From positions 806,791 to 870,790 of the forward strand of contig CP064974.1 in NCBI GenBank assembly GCA_016699385.1: DNA of 64,000 nt, read 5' to 3'. This document shows, one piece after another, positions 58,476 through 64,000 of the stretch (position 1 is the stretch's first letter; each line of letters opens with the position of its first letter). A model generated the notes under the pieces. The model had not been told where the DNA came from. It saw nothing but the letters and a program-made list of their open reading frames with translations, and searched no databases. A program made the position numbers and the translations under genes. Origin of the DNA: Candidatus Moraniibacteriota bacterium. Its GTDB lineage: Bacteria > Patescibacteriota > Minisyncoccia > Moranbacterales > UBA1568.

Positions 58476-59930
58476 ATGAATCTTTCTTCAATTCCCCTGC
58501 CCTCGTGGCTTAACAAAAAGCGAATTATTGGAATACTCGTCGCAATCGCGCTCCTCGGAGGGGGATTTTTTGTTTTCCTCTACAGCTCGTCACACAAAAC
58601 TGAAATCGCACTCCATACTCTCGATGTCTTTGAAAAAGTATCCAAGCTCCTTCCGCTCGAAGCCGACACAAAAAAGGAAGTGTCTGTCGCTAACCAGCTG
58701 GTCCAAACCCTCACCGCGCACGACAACCAGACGCGCAGCTTCTTCATACTCCTCCAAAATAACTTTGAGCTTCGCCCTGGCGGCGGATTCCTCGGACAAT
58801 ATGCCATTGTCAAAATTAAAAACGGCGAACTCGTCTCTACCTTTGTCGAAGACGCCAACCTCCTCGATCAGCGCATAAAAAATGCCGGCATCGCCGTGAC
58901 GCCCCCTTGGCCGCTCACGCGTTATATGCAGATTCGCAAGTGGATGCTTCGCGATTCGAACTTTTCCCCAGACTTCCCTACCAACGCACAGAAGGCAGAA
59001 TACTTCTACCGTCTGGGTGGCGGTCGAGAAAAGTTTGATGCCGTTATCGCCGTCGATGCTGTCGTCTTTGATCATGTTCTGAACTTGACCGGACCCATAT
59101 CGATTCCCGGCTATCCCGGAACCTATTCGTCAAATGGTGGCGCGCTTCAGCTCGAAGAAGCCGTTGAGAAAAATTATCTCGGCGACAATGTCTCCGCAAC
59201 CGCCAAAGAAGGCCGCAAAACTATCATGAAGAAAATCGCCACAGAAATCATGAGTCGCCTCGCTACCGTCGATAATATTCCCAAAATCGCGACACTCGCC
59301 CAAGAAGAACTTCGCAATAAAGACATCATGATTTTCTTCCACGACACGACACTTCAATCACTTGTCGAGAGCGTCCACTGGGATGGATCCGTCACTAAAG
59401 ACTGGGGCAGTGATTCACTCATGGTGGTCGATGCCAATATGGGCGCTCTCAAGAGCGATGCCTACATGAAACGATCCCTCGAATACTCCGTTGACTTCAC
59501 TGTGGGTGAACGTCCCAAAGCAACCCTCCTCTACACCTACACACACACGGCAACACACGGCGACTGGCGCACCAGCGACTACCACACCTATACGCGTGTC
59601 TATGCTCCACTCGGCTCGACCTATATCGAAAACAGCCGACAGAAAACCGGTGGCGTCGGCGCCCAAGACGATACAACATTCAAAAAAACCGTCTTCGGAT
59701 ACAAAGTAGACGCGCTCATCGGGCAAACACTCCCCACTGGCATCTCCTACGAACTCCCCGCAACCATACAAGAAGATAACTACCGCCTCCTCATCCAGAA
59801 ACAGTCAGGTATCGGTACCATCCCCGTCACCGTCAATCTCAAAACATCCAAAGGCGAATTCGTCGCTCACTACGACCTCAAGAAAGATCTCGTTCTCGAA
59901 ATACAAGAAATCGAGGAAAAGAAACAATAA
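58476..59930 (+). CDS. DUF4012 domain-containing membrane-anchored protein
   Basis: N-terminal TM. Motif FELRPGGGFLGQYAIV is characteristic of DUF4012. Confidence 0.7.
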   Translation: MNLSSIPLPSWLNKKRIIGILVAIALLGGGFFVFLYSSSHKTEIALHTLDVFEKVSKLLPLEADTKKEVSVANQLVQTLTAHDNQTRSFFILLQNNFELRPGGGFLGQYAIVKIKNGELVSTFVEDANLLDQRIKNAGIAVTPPWPLTRYMQIRKWMLRDSNFSPDFPTNAQKAEYFYRLGGGREKFDAVIAVDAVVFDHVLNLTGPISIPGYPGTYSSNGGALQLEEAVEKNYLGDNVSATAKEGRKTIMKKIATEIMSRLATVDNIPKIATLAQEELRNKDIMIFFHDTTLQSLVESVHWDGSVTKDWGSDSLMVVDANMGALKSDAYMKRSLEYSVDFTVGERPKATLLYTYTHTATHGDWRTSDYHTYTRVYAPLGSTYIENSRQKTGGVGAQDDTTFKKTVFGYKVDALIGQTLPTGISYELPATIQEDNYRLLIQKQSGIGTIPVTVNLKTSKGEFVAHYDLKKDLVLEIQEIEEKKQ

Positions 59931-59972
59931 TACCATTGGAAATACATTCTACCTAAAAATACAAGCAAAAAA

Positions 59973-60000
59973 GCACCTGAAAAATTCAGGGCTTTTTTTT
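59973..60000 (+). terminator. rho-independent terminator (CCTGAA/TTCAGG stem plus T8)
   Basis: Hairpin followed by GCTTTTTTTT, 43 nt after the DUF4012 stop. Confidence 0.6.
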
Positions 60001-60052
60001 CACTCAAATATATGCGAGAATGAAGGGTATAACCCCGCATTGACAGATATTT

Positions 60053-61792
60053 ATGAATATACCACCACTCGAAACTATCCGCCACTCGCTCGCCCATCTC
60101 CTTGCAATGGGTATCCTTGAGCTCGACACAGAGGCAAAGCTTGGAACCGGTCCCGCAACTGAGACCGGCTTCTTCTATGATTTTGAGTTCTCCGAAGGGA
60201 AAATATTTTCCGAAAACGACTTCAAATCACTCGAGAAAGTCATGCGAAAGCTTATCAACAAAAAACTCGATTTCGCCCGCGAAGAAATTTCCACCGAAAA
60301 AGCACGACAACTTTTCAAAGGCCAGTCGTACAAACTCGAACTTATCGAAGAAATAGCACAAAGGGGTGAAATTATTTCCGTGTACAAGACAGCCGACTTT
60401 ACCGATCTCTGCGAAGGTCCGCACGTCACAAACACCGGTGAAATAAAAGCCGATGCCTTCAAACTCATACGCATTGCCGGCGCCTATTGGAAAAGCGACG
60501 AGTCGCGCCCGCAACTCACACGCATCACCGGCATTGCCTTCGAAAACAAAGAAGCGCTCGAAAAATACGAATGGCAACAAGAAGAAGCCAAGAAACGCGA
60601 CCATCGCAAGCTTGGCAAAGAACTCAAACTCTTCACTCTCTCCGACCAAGTTGGACCAGGTCTCCCGCTCCTTCAGCCAAATGGCATGGTAATACGCCAA
60701 GAAATCGAAAATTACCTCTGGAATCTTCACAAAACCAAAGGCTATTCTCGCGTATGGACACCGCACATTGCCAAAGAAACCCTCTACAAAACATCCGGGC
60801 ACGCAGAAAAATTTGGCGATGATCTTTTCCGTGTTCAAGGAAAAGAAGAAAAATTCTTCCTCAAGCCAATGAACTGCCCCCATCACATGCAGATTTTTGC
60901 GGACAATGACTGGAGCTATCGCGACATGCCCGTTCGCTATTTCGAACCAGCCACCGTCTATCGTGACGAGAAATCCGGTCAACTTGCCGGACTCACCCGT
61001 GTTCGATCCATCACACAAGATGACGGACACCTCTTTTGTCGAACTTCACAAATAGGCGAAGAAGTTTCCGTCATCGTTTCCGTCATCAAGAAATTCTACA
61101 CGACCTTCAACATGATAGATGGCTACTGGGTACGACTCTCCGTCCGAGGAATCGATGGAAAATACCTCGGCTCCGATGAGGTTTGGACTGCCGCCGAAAG
61201 CGCGCTCGAAACATCTGCCAAAGAAAATGACCTTCCCTACGTACGCGTCGAGGGAGAGGCAGCATTCTACGGACCCAAGCTCGATTTCATGTTCAAAGAT
61301 GCGCTCGACCGCGAATGGCAACTCGCCACCATCCAGTGCGACTTCAATCTCCCTGAGCGATTTGACCTCGCATTTATAAATGAAAAAGGTGAAAAGGAAC
61401 GTCCTGTCGTTATCCACCGTGCAATTTCTGGATCACTCGAACGTTTCATGGGCATCATGATCGAACACTATTCCGGTGCCTTCCCACTCTGGATCGCTCC
61501 GGTACAAGTTGCCATACTCCCTATCGGAGAGGCACACGAAGCGTATGCGAGAGAGCTCGCCAATACACTGCTCCATGAAGATTTCCGCGTCGAGATACTT
61601 TCCAATGAAAGCCTTGGCAAGCGCATCCGAGAAACCAAAGTCAAAAAGACGCCCTATGTACTCGTCGTCGGCGACCAGGAAGTCGAAACCAAAACTGCCA
61701 CTATCGAATCCCGCGACACTGGCAAACTCGGTGCGCTTCCGATGAAGGAAATTCTCAACCGTCTCACAGCGGAACGAGAGCAGATGAAATAG
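60053..61792 (+). CDS. thrS: threonine--tRNA ligase (lacks the N-terminal TGS/N1 domain)
   Basis: Editing-domain zinc site HSLAHLLA. Class II motifs (FRVQGKEEKFFLKPMNCPHH; motif 3 region). C-terminal anticodon-binding domain. At 579 aa it is shorter than ~640-aa canonical ThrS. Confidence 0.95.
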   Translation: MNIPPLETIRHSLAHLLAMGILELDTEAKLGTGPATETGFFYDFEFSEGKIFSENDFKSLEKVMRKLINKKLDFAREEISTEKARQLFKGQSYKLELIEEIAQRGEIISVYKTADFTDLCEGPHVTNTGEIKADAFKLIRIAGAYWKSDESRPQLTRITGIAFENKEALEKYEWQQEEAKKRDHRKLGKELKLFTLSDQVGPGLPLLQPNGMVIRQEIENYLWNLHKTKGYSRVWTPHIAKETLYKTSGHAEKFGDDLFRVQGKEEKFFLKPMNCPHHMQIFADNDWSYRDMPVRYFEPATVYRDEKSGQLAGLTRVRSITQDDGHLFCRTSQIGEEVSVIVSVIKKFYTTFNMIDGYWVRLSVRGIDGKYLGSDEVWTAAESALETSAKENDLPYVRVEGEAAFYGPKLDFMFKDALDREWQLATIQCDFNLPERFDLAFINEKGEKERPVVIHRAISGSLERFMGIMIEHYSGAFPLWIAPVQVAILPIGEAHEAYARELANTLLHEDFRVEILSNESLGKRIRETKVKKTPYVLVVGDQEVETKTATIESRDTGKLGALPMKEILNRLTAEREQMK

Positions 61793-61856
61793 AAACACTC
61801 CGATGAAAATGCTACTGACAAACAAGAACAATGTTGTACAATAAAAAACACAAGGA

Positions 61857-62132
61857 ATGGTCGACCTTGTAAAAGAAATAAACCGGCTACAAAATAATAA
61901 TTCTATGGGATACGAGAAATACGAATCATCAGTCCTGCAAAGAGGGGACGATGGGACAACTCCTGAAGTAGAAAATTTAAGAAGACAGGAGCAAAAAAAA
62001 CAAATTGAAGAACTAAAAAAACGCCTTGCAGAAATAAGAGGCTCCGCATCAGATGCTGATGACACCGATGAAATAGCAAGAATCCTTGAAGAAGAAGCCC
62101 GAAATTTGCGAGAAAAAGCGAAAGAAGCATAG
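61857..62132 (+). CDS. small coiled-coil hypothetical protein
   Basis: 91 aa, charged and heptad-rich. Followed by a hairpin terminator. Confidence 0.35.
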   Translation: MVDLVKEINRLQNNNSMGYEKYESSVLQRGDDGTTPEVENLRRQEQKKQIEELKKRLAEIRGSASDADDTDEIARILEEEARNLREKAKEA

Positions 62133-62154
62133 TGTCATTCAAAAGATTCTATAC

Positions 62155-62187
62155 GAAAAAACACCAGTAAACTTGGTGTTTTTTTGT
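62155..62187. terminator. bidirectional rho-independent terminator (ACACCAG/CTTGGTGT stem plus T7)
   Basis: A-run upstream and T-run downstream, between the small ORF (+) and the membrane protein (-). Confidence 0.5.
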
Positions 62188-62205
62188 TTCAGAAATATCC
62201 CCGTT

Positions 62206-63132
62206 CTACACTTTCACTGGCACCATTTCTCGTCTCGATTTCAAGAAAAAATAGCTAACAACAACAAAGGTGATAACCGGCGCAACATAGGGTGGTACAT
62301 GCGCGCCAAAGGCTTCGAGGAGCATAATCGTGCCAAGTGAGAGCACGGAATACATCGCACCATTCTTGAGATAGGCGTAGCGTTTGATGCGTTCTATATT
62401 GCCCATTGTAAACTGTCGGACAGCCAGCGCGCCCAAGCTATTCCCAATGAGAATGAGTGGAACAGAAAAAGTAAAAGCAAAAGCTCCCAAGACGCCGTCG
62501 ATCGAGAATGTCATATCGATTGCCTCGAGATAGAGGAGCTTGCTAATGTCCGAGAGTCCTCCCTTTGAGCTCAACATCCGTTGTTCGCTTTGCTCCGCCT
62601 GTTGCTTAAATCCATGCGTAATAAAGAATACGGTTGAACCAACGACAGCACCGAAAGCAACGATCGGATCTTGCCGAAGTGCAAACCACACAATAGTCGC
62701 GAGCAGTATCGATACGGTTGCATAGAACCACACTCCCTGCGAATAGAAAAATTTCTCTCCAATAAGCCCAAACTGTTTCTCCTCCATAAAGAGCCAATGG
62801 AAGAAAAGGAAGACCAAGAAAACACCGCCACCCATGAGGAGTATCGGTGCCGCAGACTCGATAGCTGTCTGAACAACTTCATCACCGGAGAATGTTGAAA
62901 GAAAAGCGTCTACCGGTCCAAGCCCTGGTGCAGCTGCCCAAATAATCGCCCAAGGCAAAAGCCCGCGAACAACAAACACGGCAAAAAACAATCCCCATGT
63001 CAAAAACCAGCGCTTCGACTTCTCTCCCATCGTTCCCAAAACCTGGGCATTGATAATGGCATTGTCGATACTCGACACCACCTCAAACAAAAAGAGTCCG
63101 AGTACAATGAGAATAAGTGAGGTAATATCCAT
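62206..63132 (-). CDS. TerC/DUF475-like integral membrane protein
   Basis: 308 aa, 7-9 TM helices, conserved SIDNAI motif near the N-terminus. Confidence 0.5.
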   Translation of the reverse strand: MDITSLILIVLGLFLFEVVSSIDNAIINAQVLGTMGEKSKRWFLTWGLFFAVFVVRGLLPWAIIWAAAPGLGPVDAFLSTFSGDEVVQTAIESAAPILLMGGGVFLVFLFFHWLFMEEKQFGLIGEKFFYSQGVWFYATVSILLATIVWFALRQDPIVAFGAVVGSTVFFITHGFKQQAEQSEQRMLSSKGGLSDISKLLYLEAIDMTFSIDGVLGAFAFTFSVPLILIGNSLGALAVRQFTMGNIERIKRYAYLKNGAMYSVLSLGTIMLLEAFGAHVPPYVAPVITFVVVSYFFLKSRREMVPVKV

Positions 63133-63259
63133 ACGCGCAGTATATCAGAATCAAATGAAAAGCTCTAAAAGCCTACTAAGAAAGTCTGTTTTTCTGAAAA
63201 ACAGTGCGAGAAGTACGCCTTTTTGGTACATTTTTAACAGGCTCTAAGAAAAACTCGTC

Positions 63260-64000
63260 TTACTTTTTCTTTTTCTTTGTCGTCTTTTTTGTGTCATGTT
63301 TTTTTGCGTCAACACCCTGATCGTTTGCGAGACTCTTTCCAAAACGCCCAGCAAGCGCATGAATATCCGTCGGAACGGAATCATACGATGCAAATGACGC
63401 TTTCGGGAAGCGATCAATCACTCTATCGAGGAAATCCCGCCAAAGTGGTGCCGCAGCAAAAACACCATCAGCGCCATATCGCAGGGGTGTATTGTCATTA
63501 TTCCCTGCCCACACAGCAACCGAGAGCGAGGGCGTATAGCCAACGGTCCAGGCATCGTGAAAATCCTGTGTCGTCCCCGTCTTCGCTGCAACCATACCCT
63601 TTGGGAAAGCAAGGGGGCTGTGCGAGCCAAAAATAGGCGCGCGAAGCGTATTATCAGAGAGAATCGTGTTGATGCGCCTGGCGATCTCCGGATTCAAAGC
63701 GCGTGACTCTTTCACTGGAAATTCATCATGAATTGATCCGTCCAGACTGTCTACAGAAAGTATGAGCCGATATTCACGATGCATTCCCTCCGAAGCAAAC
63801 GTTGCGAATGCACTCGCCATATCTATGGGCAATACTTCTGCTCCACCCAAAACCAATGCCAATCCATATGGACGTCCATCGTCAAGTGTTGAGATACCCA
63901 GCCGTCGAGCGAGTCCAATCACATCCGAGACCCCAGCAACGGCGAGCGTCTGAACAGCTGGAATATTGAGCGACTGCGGAAGCGATTCTTTCATTGGTAG
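63260..64000 (-). CDS. class A penicillin-binding protein (transpeptidase C-terminal part; 5' end lies beyond the window edge)
   Basis: KTGTT motif (AAKTGTTQDFHDAW), the transpeptidase fold, and a Lys-rich C-terminal tail. The ORF is open to the window boundary. Confidence 0.85.
   Translation of the reverse strand, partial: LPMKESLPQSLNIPAVQTLAVAGVSDVIGLARRLGISTLDDGRPYGLALVLGGAEVLPIDMASAFATFASEGMHREYRLILSVDSLDGSIHDEFPVKESRALNPEIARRINTILSDNTLRAPIFGSHSPLAFPKGMVAAKTGTTQDFHDAWTVGYTPSLSVAVWAGNNDNTPLRYGADGVFAAAPLWRDFLDRVIDRFPKASFASYDSVPTDIHALAGRFGKSLANDQGVDAKKHDTKKTTKKKKK

Overview
This 64-kb window reads as a compact, gene-dense bacterial chromosome segment of about 50% GC that uses the standard genetic code and has weak Shine-Dalgarno signals. 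The gene content is compatible with a CPR/Patescibacteria-like organism: a DUF4012 protein, tandem GH130 phosphorylases, a ThrS lacking its N-terminal domain and a minimal [NiFe]-hydrogenase. That taxonomic call is inference only. Housekeeping genes recognised from the sequence are topA, dprA, a Rel/SpoT homolog, groEL, ychF, two NUDIX hydrolases, phosphomannomutase, ispH, trpS, a MacAB-like ABC efflux set, an ABC-F ATPase, dnaG, thrS and a partial class-A PBP at the right edge. groEL carries an upstream CIRCE operator and a sigma70-type promoter.

The accessory content is the more interesting part. (1) About 22 kb of co-directional minus-strand genes (17975..40098, running from the NDT-like paralog through trpS and the glycan genes to a P-type ATPase and a matrixin-like protease) contain a roughly 17-kb glycan-biosynthesis locus (19477..36614). 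It holds two GT-C enzymes, GT4 and GT2 enzymes, a CE4 deacetylase, an SDR, two methyltransferase-like genes, a PAP2 phosphatase and a GT4-GT2 fusion. Its centrepiece is a 1605-aa single polypeptide that fuses GT2(GtrB-like) - TM - processive GT2(QxxRW) - MOP-flippase-like membrane domain - GT4. (2) A two-subunit [NiFe]-hydrogenase (40171..42136) has a small subunit reduced to the proximal cluster only, with a tandem-Cys (NuoB-like) ligand motif. It faces a convergent accessory operon that has the maturation endopeptidase plus several unknown proteins, but no diaphorase or hyp genes. (3) A diverged copy of the last ~50 codons of ychF lies 1.1 kb downstream of the intact ychF and brackets an orphan 207-aa ORF, which looks like an insertion scar. 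(4) An inverted pair of small NDT-like paralogs flanks ispH. (5) A perfect 24-bp inverted repeat sits in the divergent promoter between the protease and hydrogenase genes. (6) dprA and ispH are each broken by a single homopolymer-length frameshift. No CRISPR array, rRNA, tRNA, transposase or integrase was recognised.
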